DNA of 64,000 nucleotides, from NCBI RefSeq assembly GCF_001194135.2, contig NC_068981.1, positions 90,753,314 through 90,817,313 of the forward strand. Reading direction: 5' to 3'. The position numbers were made by a program, and so were the translations under genes. Below the pieces are notes generated by a model. The model did no database searches. It was given only the letters and a program-made list of their open reading frames with translations, and was not told the origin of the DNA. Position 1 is the first letter of the stretch; every line of letters starts with the position of its first letter. Source of the stretch: Octopus bimaculoides (lineage: Eukaryota). Positions 14,096 through 60,984 of this stretch are shown here, one piece after another.

Positions 14096-14674
14096 ATCTA
14101 ATATGTGTGTGTGTGCGTGTGTGTGTGTGTGGGTGGGGGGTGTATAATACACATAAACACCCCCCTCTCTTCTGCCATATATCAAACTAAGATTTTGGGA
14201 ACTCAGCTATTACTAAATTCTCATGGTTACAAACCATGAGCAATTTGTCCTTAACTTGCAGAACAAGTTTTTTTTAGATATTTTCTGTTGTTTTGCCTCC
14301 ATTGAAGAAGTGCTGAAGCATAAAGTTCAGTTCGCAATAAGTATTTGTTTTAGATTTTGATTTGAGGTATGCCATGTCACATTTATCTATTCATTTTGTT
14401 GTTGTTGCTCTTGTTGTATTTTTTACTGTTATTATTTAATCACTTTGGTTTCTTTTTGTTTGTCAATGAAACAGTTCATGTAATTCTTTGCTCTTTTATA
14501 TCTTTGAAACAACCTTTTATAGTTTGATCTACATTAATGTTTTATGCATTGTTGAAAATAATAAAAATAAACTATATTCTGTTTCTCTTTCTTTTTCTTT
14601 TTCATCATTGAATTTTGCTGTTCTTGTTGAAATTTGAAGAAATATAAACCAATATTTGATGATGTAAGTTAAAT

Positions 14675-15320
14675 TATTATTGTTGTTGTTATTATTATTA
14701 TCATTATTGAGTGAGAGAGCAGTGCATGCCATCAAAGTGACACTGGGGTAAAATATACGAAGCCCATTATACCCANNNNNNNNNNTAAAATATACGAAGC
14801 CCATTATACCCATCATGACTACCCGTCTGATAAGGGTACACCAGGCACATGCATCACAACCATATATGCGTGACCTGGTGATCACATATCAAGATAAACA
14901 GTGCATGACCTCGTAGGTGGGGCCCAGTTAGAATTTTCTTCAGGTTGAGTAGCCCATCCTGCTCAAAAGGTCCCTGAATAAGGTTTGTTTAAGGATGTTG
15001 AATGAAACACCCATGTTTCCAAAGGTGAATTATCCAAACCCCAAAGAATTCCTCTCAATACATGGCTATGATGCTCCCCAAATACTTCTGCTCATGATCA
15101 GAGATGCACATATTGTCAACCAACAAGGGACATGTTCAACTGGTTAAAATCAAACGACTGACAAGCAAATCTGTGGTATTAAGCAGAATATTTGCTGTAG
15201 CCCATCTTTTATACCAAGACAAAACAATGTACATGATAACACTTCCAATCAATTAAGATCAACAGCCATGAGAGCCACTGCCTGGTATTGCATCTGGGCA
15301 TGGTACTGCATCCGGGCATG
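14675..15320 (-). mobile_element. Long non-coding retroposon segment with (TAA)n 3' tail (LINE 3' UTR or non-autonomous element), copy 1
   Basis: About 500 bp is shared with 43385-43895 and a fragment at 41575-41605; the microsatellite end is common and the other end varies in length. Confidence 0.7.
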
Positions 15321-15743
15321 GCACTGAGCTGACAGAATCCTTAATACATCGGGCAAAATGCTTAGTGGTATTTTGCCGATCTTTATATTCTGAGTTCAAA
15401 TTCCTTCAAGGTCGACTTTGCCTTTCATCCTTTTGGGGTTGATAAAATAAGTACCAGTTGTGTTATGGGGTTGATGTAATCAAGTATCCCTTTCTCTCAC
15501 GTCTCAGGCCTTGTGCCTATAGTAGAAAGTATTATTATTATTAAGGCAGTGAGCTGGCAGCATCATTAGCACACCATGCTTAGTGGTATTTTGCCTGTTT
15601 TTATATTCTAAGTTCAGATTCCGCTGAGGTCGACTTCACCTGTCATCCTTTCAGGATCAATAAAATAAATACCAGTCAAATATTGGGGTCAGTGTGATCA
15701 ACTCCCCCACCAAATTGCAGCCCTTGTCTCTATAGCAGAAAGG

Positions 15744-15806
<63 letters not shown>

Positions 15807-15807
15807 T
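15320..15807 (+). mobile_element. Two head-to-tail copies of SINE family A with (ATT)n tails
   Basis: GGCAGTGAGCTGGCAG head, B-box-like GAGTTCAAATTCC, CTTTCATCCTTT..GGGGTCGATAAAATAAGTACCAG core, GGCCTTGTGCCTATAGTAGAAAGG+(ATT)n tail. Confidence 0.88.
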
Positions 15808-16640
15808 TGTATTTGTTTGGTGTCAGCACAGGCCATTCTGAGATGAGATGGTCTATTGTTTCATCAAATGTGTTACAAAATCTGTATTTAGGGTTAGAAC
15901 CATTTTGAAGAATGTTAGCCAGGTAGTTTTTGGTAAGCAAGCTGTGATCTTGTGCCGCCAATATGAAAGCTTCAGTCTCTGCTTTCAGTCCTGAGCTTCT
16001 CAGCCACTGATGGATTGTTGCTTGGTCAACATCAACATTTTGGCTTCGATGTATGTACTGTGCATGCAGAGGCTTCTGTCTCCACTATTCTTCAATTTGT
16101 TTCTGCCCATTCTTTATTGCAGTCTGTTTGATCTGTTTTGCTTGTTTGGTGACAGTGGTTTCAGGTTCTTCATCTAATTCAGGGGTTGATGCTGGGTTCC
16201 CTTGCAAATTTGCAAGCTTCCTTGACAATAAAATGTGATTTTTTACTGCTTTCCTGTTTGTACACAAGCCACAGCATCCACTTTACTGTACTAGATAAGT
16301 ACTTGTTCATTGCTATTGTGGAGGTCTTATAACACAGTTCTGCCTGCATCATTCCTCTTCACCCTTTACTTCTAGGTAGGTACAGATGATCAATGTCTGC
16401 TTTTGAGTGGTGCATGTTCTTAGATGTTAGTAGTTTTCTTGTCTTCTTGTATAGGCGTTGAAGCTCTGTAGGATTCCAGTTAATGATGTCAAAACTGTAT
16501 TGGACTACTGAAAGTGCCAGGGGGTTAATGGCTTCGATGCGATTTTTGGAGTTCAGTTTTTAGTATGAGTCTTACTCTCCTGTAATACTCCTTTCATATT
16601 TTTCCTTCATAGTAGTATGCTGTATACCATATCCTTCATT
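15808..16640 (-). pseudogene. Degenerate R4/Dong-like non-LTR retrotransposon ORF (RT C-terminus to zinc finger)
   Basis: Minus-strand frames give KEYYRRVRLILKTEL, AINPLALSVVQYSFDIINW, KTRKLLT..MHH.KADIDHLYLPR.KG*RG, and HQWLRSSGLKAETEAFILAAQDHSLLTKNY...YRFC..FDETIDHLIS. Stops and frameshifts are present. Confidence 0.8.
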
Positions 16641-16749
16641 GGCACAAGAAATGGCTACACATGTGCAAATGGAAAAGTGCTTGCCTGAAATACATGCAGA
16701 TATAGATTTATTACTTGGACCTGACAATTCAACACCATAAAGTATAATT

Positions 16750-17330
16750 TCTGAACAAAACCCTCACAGTAAATCATTTCATTGTCTTCTAGAGGAATGA
16801 AGAATTTGTCCTCTTTCCCATATATTTTGAAAGATGGAAAATGAAGGTGAAAATATCTGGTGTGCTACTAGATCTGGGTATCTGGTGGGTTGTGGAGGTG
16901 CAATGTCCCAGTGGTTAGGGCAGCGGACTCGCGGTCATAGGATCGCGGTTTCGATTCCCAGACCGGGTGTTGTGTGTGTTTATTGAGCGAAAACACCTAA
17001 AGCTCCACGAGGCTCCGGCAGGAGATGGTGTCGAACCCTGCTGTATTCTTTCACCACAACTTTCTCTCACTCTTACTTCCTGTTTCTGTTGTGCCTGTAA
17101 TTCAAAGGGTCAGCCTTGTCACACTGTGTCACGCTGAATATCCCTGAGAACTATGTTAAGGGTACACATGTCTGTGGAGTGCTCAGCCACTTGCATGTTA
17201 ATTTCATGAGCAGGCTGTTCCATTGATCGGATCAACTGGAACCCTTGACGTCGTAAGCGACGGAGTGCCAGCATCTGGTGGGTTGTAATGTGTATTATGT
17301 TGAAAGGGAGTGACAGCCTGGATGTAAAAA
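16750..17330 (+). pseudogene. Possible piggyBac-like transposase relic split by a SINE
   Basis: Removing the SINE gives ...CPLSHIF*KMENEGENIWCATRSGYLVGCNVYY, loosely like piggyBac CPFRQY..KP.KYG.KIW...TGY...VY. The match is weak. Confidence 0.3.
16894..17272 (+). mobile_element. tRNA-derived SINE family D (TCG at the anticodon position, consistent with octopus OR-type tRNA-Arg SINEs) with 14-bp TSD
   Basis: A/B-box head; TSD ATCTGGTGGGTTGT at 16880-16893 and 17273-17286; near-identical copy at 49016-49331. Confidence 0.88.
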
Positions 17331-18038
17331 AATTATAGACAGAAAAATTGGTCCAGAATAGGAATGGAAGTCCTATTACAGGTGAAACCAGAACACTTGA
17401 AAAAGATCCTAGATCTATTGCAACTGCTAAATGGGGTAAAACTCCATGTTATGGTAGAAGGTAGATGACCCAAGTGTTATATATATATGTAATGATGCCA
17501 ACCACCTGAAAGCCTTCTGCCTACAACAGAATGTGAAAGTATGAAGGCCCCCATTGTTTGTGATGCCACAAATACAACTACAACAACAACAGCCAACTAT
17601 ACCAGCAGGAACAGTACCAGAAACAATAACAACAATTACAAAACTTCTATCACTACAAGTAGCCACAGCAGTAGCAGCAAATACAAGAAGAAAAGAAGTT
17701 CTGATGAAAAGAGCAACAGAACTCCTCATGACATATGCACATATACATATATCTATGCTAGATGGAAATACGTATGTTAGTGTATGTGTTTATCTTTTGG
17801 CAATGAAACTGAAGAACTAGATTTTATGAATGAAGTTCCTTGAGATATTTGCTCTGTATTCAGTTATAGACCATCTTTGTGTTATTTTCACATTCAGAAA
17901 TACAGTGAATTGGTGCTTCGCCAAATTGGTGTACAGCTAACAATGCTTTTTTTCACAGTTTGTAATGTAAAAAAAAATTAAATTAAAAAGTTAGAAAAAT
18001 ACTAATGTTAACCCTTTTTTTTTTCCCTGTATTTCCAG

Positions 18039-52212
<34,174 letters not shown>

Positions 52213-52230
52213 TTCTAAAGATATTATTGA

Positions 52231-52267
<37 letters not shown>

Positions 52268-52688
52268 TTTTTTTTTTTAGTAGTGTTATTATTACTATTA
52301 CATTAGGATGGCAGATTGGTAGAATTGTGGGAGTCAGAAAAAATGCCTTGCAGTATTTTGTTTGCTCTGTTACTTTCTGGGTTCAAAATCCTACAGGTGT
52401 TGCCTTTAGCTTTTGTAAATAGAATAAGTATCAGTCAAATAATGAGGTTCGATTTATTCAACTATATCTCTTCTCTCAAAATTTCAGACCTTGTTTTATA
52501 TATTAGAAACAATTATTATTATTATTATTATTATGGTAGCATGGGCAGAATTGTTAGCATGCTGAGCAAGATGCTTAGCAGCATTTCGTCTGTCTTTACA
52601 TTCTGAGTTTAAATTCTGCTGAGGTCAACGTAGCCTTTCATCCTTTCAGAATTGATGAAATAAGTACCAGTTACGCACTGGAGTTGAT

Positions 52689-52820
52689 ACATTATTTACA
52701 ATTAATGGATATTTATCCTCATCTTGTTTGTGTTAACGACAAATAAGATGAGGACAAATATCCGTTAATTGTAAATAATGTAAATAATGTACATAATTCC
52801 TCATCTCTTTATATAGAACT
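52689..52820. mobile_element. Fold-back insertion (43-bp arms) inside a SINE, probably Penelope-like terminal sequence
   Basis: 52689-52731 pairs with 52739-52781 with 3 deviations; flanked by ACTGGAGTTGAT on both sides. The family assignment is from recollection of octopus repeats, not a search. Confidence 0.55.
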
Positions 52821-53000
52821 GGAGTTGATGTAGAACTGGAGTTGATGTAGAACTGGAGTTGATGTAGAACTGGAGTTGATGTAGAACTGGAGTTGATGTA
52901 GAACTGGAGTTGATGTAGAACTGGAGTTGATGTAGAACTGGAGTTGATGTAGAACTGGAGTTGATGTAGAACTGGAGTTGATGTAGAACTGGAGTTGATG
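52814..53000 (+). repeat. Perfect minisatellite, 11 x 17 bp (TAGAACTGGAGTTGATG)
   Basis: 187 nt = 11 identical units with no spacers. Confidence 0.97.
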
Positions 53001-53508
53001 TAATCAACTAGTTCTCTCCCCGCAAATTTCAGGTTTTGTGCCTATAGTAGAAAGGATTATTATATAAGCAAGGTAGCAGAATTTCTTGTGTGCTGATCAA
53101 AATATTTTGTGGCATTTCATCTATCTTCATCTTCTGAGTTCAAATTCTGTTGTGGTTGACTTTGCCTTTCATCCTTTCGGTGTTGATATAATTGGCTAGC
53201 ATCCCTCTCTGTTCCCAAAATTTTAGGCCTTGTACTTATTCTAGAAAGAATTAGTATTATTAATGTTATGTTTATTCTTGCTATGATAAGGGTGGTAGAT
53301 GACAGGCAATACCAGAACACCAGGCAAAATACATTCCAGTATTGAGCTACATCTCCTTAACATTCTGACTTCTTCAAATCTTGCCAATTCTGACTTCATC
53401 TTTCACATTCTAGATAGCTGACGAAATAAGAACCAGTCATTCTTTCTCCACAAAAGAGTTTTGTACCTAAGTTAGAAATCATTATTACTGATGGAAAAAA
53501 TTTTATTA

Positions 53509-53566
<58 letters not shown>

Positions 53567-53779
53567 GGTTACAAAGAGTGGCGAGCTGGCAGAATCATTA
53601 GCACACCATACAAAATGCCAATAAGCATTTTGTTTATGTTCTGAGTTCAAATGATGCTGACTTTGCCTTTCATCCTTTTGAGGTCAGTGAAATAAGTATC
53701 AGTTGAGCACTGGGGTTGATGTAATCAACTAACACCACCCTCACCAAAAATTTCAGGCTTTGTGCCTATAATAGAAAGG

Positions 53780-53811
<32 letters not shown>

Positions 53812-54273
53812 GGCAGTGAGCACTAGTTAGCAATCTGGATGAAATTCTTAGTGGTATTTCGCCCGCCACAATGTTCTGAGTTCAAATTCCACCAAGGTTG
53901 ACTTTGCCCTTCATCCTTTCAGGGTCGATAAAATAAGTACCAGTTGCACACTTGGGTCAATGTAATCAACTTATCCTCACCTCCCTCAAGCTGTCCTTAT
54001 GGCAAAAGTTTGAAATAATAATAATAATTATTATGATTATAATTATGATTATTATTATTGAGGCACTGAGCTGGCAGAACCATTAGCACAATGGGCAAAA
54101 TGCTTAGTGGTTTTACATCTGCTGCTACATTCTGAGTTCAAATTCTGCTGAGGTCAACTTTGCCTTTCATCTGTTTGGGGTCGATAAAATGAGTACCAGT
54201 TGAGTACTGGGGTTGATGTAATTGACTAGTGCCCTCCCCCAAAATTTCAGGCCTTGTGCCTATAGTAGAAAGG

Positions 54274-54307
<34 letters not shown>

Positions 54308-57300
54308 GTGTGACTGCCATTATTTTTGTTGTTATAAGGGCATTAGATTGTGAGTATTACTAAAGCATTGAACAAAATGCTTTGTTAAATTTTGTTATTG
54401 CCCCTTACTTACTGAGTTAAAAATCTAAGCTTCCTTTCAACCTTCCAAATTCAATAAAATATGTACCAGTTAAATATTGAGGTCAATTTAATCAGCTGTT
54501 TCTGCTCTTGGAAGTTACAGCCTTTTGCCAATGTTTAAGATATTTTTGGTATCGTTAGTATTGTTTTAATTATTATATTTTTTATTATTAATAAATTATA
54601 TATTTTAGCTTCTTGCATATTTTTTCATTGCATTTGGATTGTCAACAAAATTTTGTGCCTTAACAAAAAAGTAAAAGTTAAAAAAGAAAAAGAAAAAAAA
54701 GTAAAAATAAAAAGTAAAAATAAAAAAAAGCAACCACCCTCCTCAAAAGAATTCATGGAATATCATTTTTAAGAATTTTATTTTCATTATCATAAACTGC
54801 TATTTTTATAATTGCTATTAATAACTGTTGTCATAATATGATTATAACTGGGTAAGAAAATCATCTTCCAACAACAGAAGAGAATTGTATTTTATTGAAG
54901 AGGTGTTGTTGATTTAATGATGAAAGTACCAACTGACTTACTGCCTGGATGTTTATTGTTGTATGAAAATCAAAGTTGGGACTGTTATAGCATGTTTTTC
55001 AGTAACATCACAAAACAATTCTGTTGGCTTGTTTTTTTTTTAAATGTGACAATGTGTGGGTGAGTTAGCTCCTTTATATCTCTTGTAGGTGCCAGCATGA
55101 CTATGTGGTTTATGTTTGCCTCATGGTCACTTGATATCTGCATCCTGAGCAGATATCTTCTATCACATCTTCAGCTTAATGTAAATTAACTTGGGTAGAA
55201 GAAACTGTGTTGAAACCTATTGATTTATTGTCTGATAAGTTGTGGTTTCTGCTCCTTTCCCCTCCTATCCATTCTTGATGGCCAAGGAAAGCTTATGGCC
55301 CTGCTTCATCTTATCCATAGACGTAAAATTAAAAGGAGCATTATGAAGAATTCCCATTTTCTCTTATTACCAAAATGCTTCTGATGGAGAGAATGTTTTT
55401 CCTCTTCTTCCTAGGCTTGTTTGTTAATTTCACCTTTATTTGCTCCAGGTTAAGCCACTAAAACAAGGTCTCATTTTTGCATCTATTATTTAATTCCCAT
55501 GTGATAAAGCAATAGAACAAATTACCAGAAAGTTCAAAATAGAAATGCAGTTTTATTCTTTGGGCAAAACCTATTATGAGATTAAGGCTTTTGGTAAAAG
55601 CAAGAACATCTCAACAACCTACTTATCTATTCCAAATCTCTTGCTGATGATATAATTAATAGTTTTTTAGTTTAAGCCCATGTTAATCATAATAAATTAG
55701 ATCCATGATCAAAGGTATTCTAGCAATGACTGTCTTGTCTTTTTGTAGATCAAGGATTAGTTTGTTTAATGTGACTTACTTTTGAGATAAATTTAACTGA
55801 TATTTTTTGGAGGTTGCGCAGCCACATGGGGGCTTCGTCCAGTTGTGGCTTTTCTATTGAATCTTTTCCCCCTAAATTACCATCATCATTTCATAAAAAA
55901 ACCCCCATAAGGTACAAAAAAATAATTACTGAAAATATCACAAACATCAATGAAACAAAGCAATAACAGCTACAATAATATATTAAGAGGGTGAAAGATT
56001 CACAGAATTATTAGTATCAGGGGTAAAAATGCCTTGTCAAATATGCTCCAATCTTTAATGCTCTGAGCTCGAATCTTTCTGAGGTCAGTTTTAGCTTCTA
56101 TTTTTTTGCAGTTGAAATAAAGTATCAGTCAAGTGTTAGGATTGATGTAATTGATTGATACCCTCCCCTCAAAATTGCTGGCCTTCGTTCCAACCCATGC
56201 TAGCATGTAATACAGTGATTAAATGATGTACCTAAGTTAGGAAAAAGCTATTAACTGCATTTTTGTTTTCCCTTGAGACTAGAGAGTTACACTCTCTTTC
56301 CTCTTCAATAATCTGACACTGAGCAGTGAAGTATGACAATTAGCAAGTCTGCATGTTAATAGCTCCAGTTAATAATTCATCTATCCACACAATCTAGTAC
56401 CTGTCTAGCTGTGCACTTGTCTAAAGGTCTGCCTAGTCGCAAAGTCTCTAAGTCTGATGTTTAGTTATTGAACTGTCTGCCTATCTTAATTATTTTCAAC
56501 CTGCCTCTCACATAACCACACAATGTCACCACTCACCACGTAGGGAGACAATGTACATGAGAGCAACAGAGATAAGACGATTAGTTATGTGGAAGTTGAT
56601 GTTGTTTTAAAGCTGCCATTTGACCTGACCTTCAATTTTAAGAAAATAAATTGCTTGGGATCAAATGTCAGGCTTTTCTGTAAAGGTGGGATAGACCAAT
56701 CTTATTAGGAGGAAGTGGGAGAGAGAGAGAGAGAGTGAGAGAAGAGAGTAAAGTGAAAAAAGGAAGGAAGAGTAAGAAACCCAGTGAATGGTAGAAAGAG
56801 GCAGAGAGGAGGCATTTACTGACGAATAGGTATGAGAGGAGTTGAGATATTAATACTAACTGGTGGGAAGGGAAGGTAGACAATAGATGCCCTGTAACTG
56901 AACCATGATGGATGTGGGGTGGGGGGAAACTTACTGTGTAGAGAAAGTAAAAAGGTGTAAATTAGCTTCCAGTGAATTGATAATAGTAATTGGGATATAC
57001 TGAGTGATGGGAGAGAGAGATAGGGAAAGAATGGCAACCTAACTATAACACCTCAACATTAACCAGTAATCTAGACAGATAATTTAGGTACCCCATCCTC
57101 TCCCTTAGTCTGTTGCACGTCAGACCTATTGGCTTAAAGGTCAATGGTTCATGTTCTGTTAATAACTCTGTGTCTATGGCCAAAATGCTAAATTCTTGTT
57201 ACCATCACCATCATGTTATCAAGTATACTATCTTTGTTTTAACAGTGATTTCAGTGGATCTGAGCAATGGCTAACAACTATTTGACTCCATTCTTGCTTT

Positions 57301-57549
57301 CAATCATTGTTACTGTCCTTGAAAGCATATTCACATCATAATTGTATGCCTTACTTATCTGTTATCCTTCAGTTTTAACTTGGAACTGGGAATCCTTTTT
57401 TTTTTTGTTTTAATATTTTGTTGCTCATTACATTTACCTTTGTCTGATTCACAATATCTATTTCTTGATTATTCACCAATTAATGTGTTACAGTAATGTA
57501 TGGACTTGTAGAATATTACATTAAATGCGTTGCAATATTAGAGCATTGG

Positions 57550-57990
57550 AAGGCAGTGAGCTGGCAGAATCATTAACATGCCAGGCAAAATGCTTCGTAG
57601 CATTTCATCTGTCTTGACGTTCTGAGTTCAATTTCTACCAAGGTCAAAATTTGCCTTTTATCCTTTCAGGGTCAATAAAATAAGTACCAGTTGAATAATG
57701 GGGTTGATGTAATCAACTTATTCCTCCCTTGAAATTGCTGGCTTTGTGCCAAAATTTGAAATCAGTATTAGAACATTGTAAGTTAGTGAGCTGGCAGAAT
57801 CATTAGCATGCTGGACAAAATGTTTATCAGCATTTTGTCTGTTTTTATGCTCAGAGTTCAAATGCTAGCAAGATTGACTTTTGTCTTTCTTAATTTGGGG
57901 TTGATGAAATAAATACCAACTGAGCACTAGGGTTGATGTAATTTACTTAGCTCCTTCCCATGAAATTGGCCTTGTGCCAAAATTTAAAAA
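57550..57990 (+). mobile_element. Two tandem SINE family A copies
   Basis: Heads at about 57550 and 57782. Confidence 0.85.
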
Positions 57991-60144
57991 CAATATTAAA
58001 GCTTTGTCTCTATTTGGCCCCAAGTTTAAATCCAACTGAGATTGATTGCTCACCTTGCCTTTCATTCTCTTGAGAGCCTGTAATATAAATTGACTTATAT
58101 TCCTGCGCTCCAAAATTTGGTTAGCTGGGTCATGACATCTGTGGTATAGTATTTGATTTGCCCATGCTGACAGAGAGGTGTATGAGTATTTGAAAGATTC
58201 ATCATTGTGATAGCTAAAAGTCAGGTGGGGATTCACATTCCCTTTCTACACATGCAGTAAAGTAACGGTAAGTAGGACAACTGGAAATGTATGGGGTAGT
58301 AAACTATTACCAACTGCTCTTAGCAGTTGCAGAATATTTTTGACACCAAATTGTAAAACTGCCAGACTCATTGCTTCATCTTTTGGTGGAATATTTTCTT
58401 TCAACTTTTATGGAACCAGATTAACCTTCGATTTGATTTGAGAAGAATTTGTTATTTCTTAATTAAAATTCATTTGGTAAGGGAATTGGGTATAATGAAT
58501 TCTATGAGCACTAGTATCTTAATGGTACATAGTTTATTACCACAAGTGAATCTGTAAATGCTGAGCAACTAGATATCTATCAGTATGCTTGTCTACTCAT
58601 TGGTTATAACCTTTACTAAAATTTTCAGTTTTGGTTATTGTTAGAGGAACTCCATAATTGTTAAAAAACAGAATTCTCTCTGTTTTAAACTTTCCAAACT
58701 TAAAAGAAAATTTGTCAAGACAAAGACTTGATTGTTGGTTTATATGAATTGTTCCTGTTGTAGGTTTTCTTTTTTTTTTTTTTTTNNNNNNNNNNTTTTT
58801 TTTTTTTTTTTTTTTGCTATTCCTCGAATTTACTTGCATCTTCATTAGATCTAGGTTTCTTGTTTTAGCATACATGGTTTCCTCCTCTCTTTCCCTACAA
58901 GTCCAAGAGGGCTGGCAAGGGAAAAGGCCTCCCTATTCTTTCTATATGGAGGAACATAGCATAGTGGTTAGGGTGTTGCACTTACGATTGTAAGATTGTG
59001 GTTTTAATTCATGGATTAGATGATGCATTCTGTTCTTGAGCAAAATTCTTCATTTCACATTATTCCATCCTCACAGCTGGTAAAGCGAGTTATCCTGCAA
59101 TGGACTGGCATTCCATCCAGTGGGAAGAATATGTTTGCCATAGAATCTAGGAAACTGGCCCTATGAGTCTATGTGACTCAGGAAAGACCATTGATTCTTT
59201 CTTTGAGTAAACCATTAAAAAATACTGTACAACTTGTCAGAGAGGAATGATGATATATGAAGTGAGAAAGACTAGGATTCAATACCTCCACCCCTTTCCT
59301 TTTTTCATCGTTTACAATTCCTACTATATTTCATTATATGGGGTACTACAGATATTCAACATGAAGAGATAGCTCATGTTTGGAATTTAGTAATAATGAA
59401 AAATGTCAGTCCATATGCATTTTAAGTAAAAAAAAAAAAAAAGAAAAATGAAACTATAGTATGAATGTTATGTGAATATATTACAATTTCATTGCTTTAA
59501 AAAAAATTTTAAACATATTTCTTTTCACCCCTCCCCAACAGAAAAAATTTCAGAAAATAAAAAAGAACACCTTACTAAATTTTATATTTTATTATTTGAA
59601 TAAAAAAAATAAAAAAAAAGCTAACGGTAATACATCCTGCTGAAATATTTGAGAAATGGTTAATTCATATTTCATATTTTAACTTCAATGCCAACATTTT
59701 CTTGCATTTCTATTTTGCCATTTTGATTATATGTAATGTTCCAAGTATTAAATGTTAATATGAAACATTTGTCGTTTTGTCTTGTTCTTCAATATTTATT
59801 GAGTCTAAACAGCTGTCATATGTTGATCCTGATAAAGATTTTCCTTTTTATATAGAAATAGAGGCGCTTTTTCGTTAGTAATCTGCATACCAAATAAATG
59901 AATGAAAAGCAAACAAAAATATCCATGAATTTTTATGGATACATTTACAATATAATAATTCGATTTTATTCAAAAATTCCTTTGTATAATAATTGCCCTT
60001 AGTTTTCGAATAAATTTTCCCTAGTTTTAATTTGAATGCATATTTGATGGTTTCCACGAGTTATTTCCCTTAGATCTTAGCACTGCTAAATTAGTCAGAA
60101 ATGCTATCTGCATGAAAGTACTTAATTGATATTGGCTTCAAATT

Positions 60145-60342
60145 AAAGCGGCGACCGAGCAGACTCGTGACAACGCCGGACAAAATGCTTTGTGACGTTT
60201 CGTCCGATTTTACATTTCGAGTCCAAATTTCGCCGAGGTCGACATTGCCTTTCATCCTTTCGGGATCGATAAAATAAGTGCCAGCTGAACACCATGGTCG
60301 ATATAATCGACTTCTCCAACCCCACCCCACGAATTGCTGGCC
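60145..60342 (+). mobile_element. SINE family A copy retaining its CpGs
   Basis: Family A core with about 17 CpG in about 170 nt. Confidence 0.8.
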
Positions 60343-60736
60343 ATTATAATTTATAGGAACCTTGTAAGTTTGAATCTAAACCGGTCATGGGCAAAATGTG
60401 GTCCACAGTCCTTTCTGAATGGTGCGCCTGAGCCATGTTATACACTGCTAGCTTCTTGAAAACGGCTGCACATGTCTTAAGCATTGTTAGCTTAATGAAG
60501 CAGTTATGTACTTTTCTAAACCTCCCAGATTCTTGAATACTTTCACAATTTGTTGAAAGATATAGGCAAGGCATTGTTGTTTCGTAAGAAGTTTGCTTCC
60601 CAACCACACGGCTCCAGTTTCAGTCCCACTGTGTGACATTCTGGGCCAGTGTCTTCTAACCAAAGCCACGTGGGTGGATTTCGTAGACGAAGACTAAAAG
60701 AAGCTGGTCATAAAATATAAAATAATAATAATAAAT

Positions 60737-60984
60737 GTGTCCTTTTAAAGCCTAGCCAGGATTATGGGCCCGGTTTCCCGGTTTCAATGGCGTATGTGTT
60801 CCCCAGCTGGACGGGACGCCAGTCCATCGCAGCGTTACTCATTTTTGCCAGCTGAGTGGACTGGAGCAACGTGAAATGAAGTGTTTTGCTCAAAAACACA
60901 ACGCGTCGCCTGGTTCAAGAATCAAAACCACAATCTTAGGATCATGATGCTGACACCCTAATCACTAAGCCACGCGCCTCCACT
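60737..60984 (-). mobile_element. CORE-type tRNA-derived SINE (family E); related copies at about 21625-21960 (-), 49477-49720 (+) and 58950-59190 (+)
   Basis: Head GGAGGCGCGTGGCTTAGTG, core GAGCAAAACACTTCATTTCACGTTGCTCCAGTCCACTCAGCTG. Confidence 0.8.

Larger units (their letters stand above)
52302..54540 (+). mobile_element. Chain of up to eight head-to-tail SINE family A copies directly 3' of the rhomboid stop codon
   Basis: Heads at about 52302, 52534, 53068, 53289, 53578, 53812, 54061 and 54335, with ages ranging from near-consensus to heavily degraded. Confidence 0.8.

Noticed and set aside
14354-14366. 13-nt microexon (ttttAG|ATTTTGATTTGAG|GTatgc) as upstream rhomboid coding exon
   Set aside because: The frame needed to join exon A contains TGA; it could only be UTR, and there is no evidence for that.
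14749-14812. 27-bp direct repeat around a 10-N gap
   Set aside because: Typical overlap of contig ends; the homologous copy near 43450 has it once.
16793-16846. 54-nt phase 0-0 exon candidate RNEEFVLFPIYFERWKMK
   Set aside because: Weak donor (GTGAAA), and it lies within probable transposon debris.
16894-16965. tRNA-Arg gene
   Set aside because: The tRNA-like head continues into a 380-bp repeat body with a TSD and a second copy; it is a SINE, not a tRNA gene.
52814-53000. 17-bp array as a CRISPR or as the repetitive protein ORF 52801-53007
   Set aside because: The units are contiguous and identical with no spacers, there are no cas genes, the context is eukaryotic, and the ORF is just the repeat read in frame.
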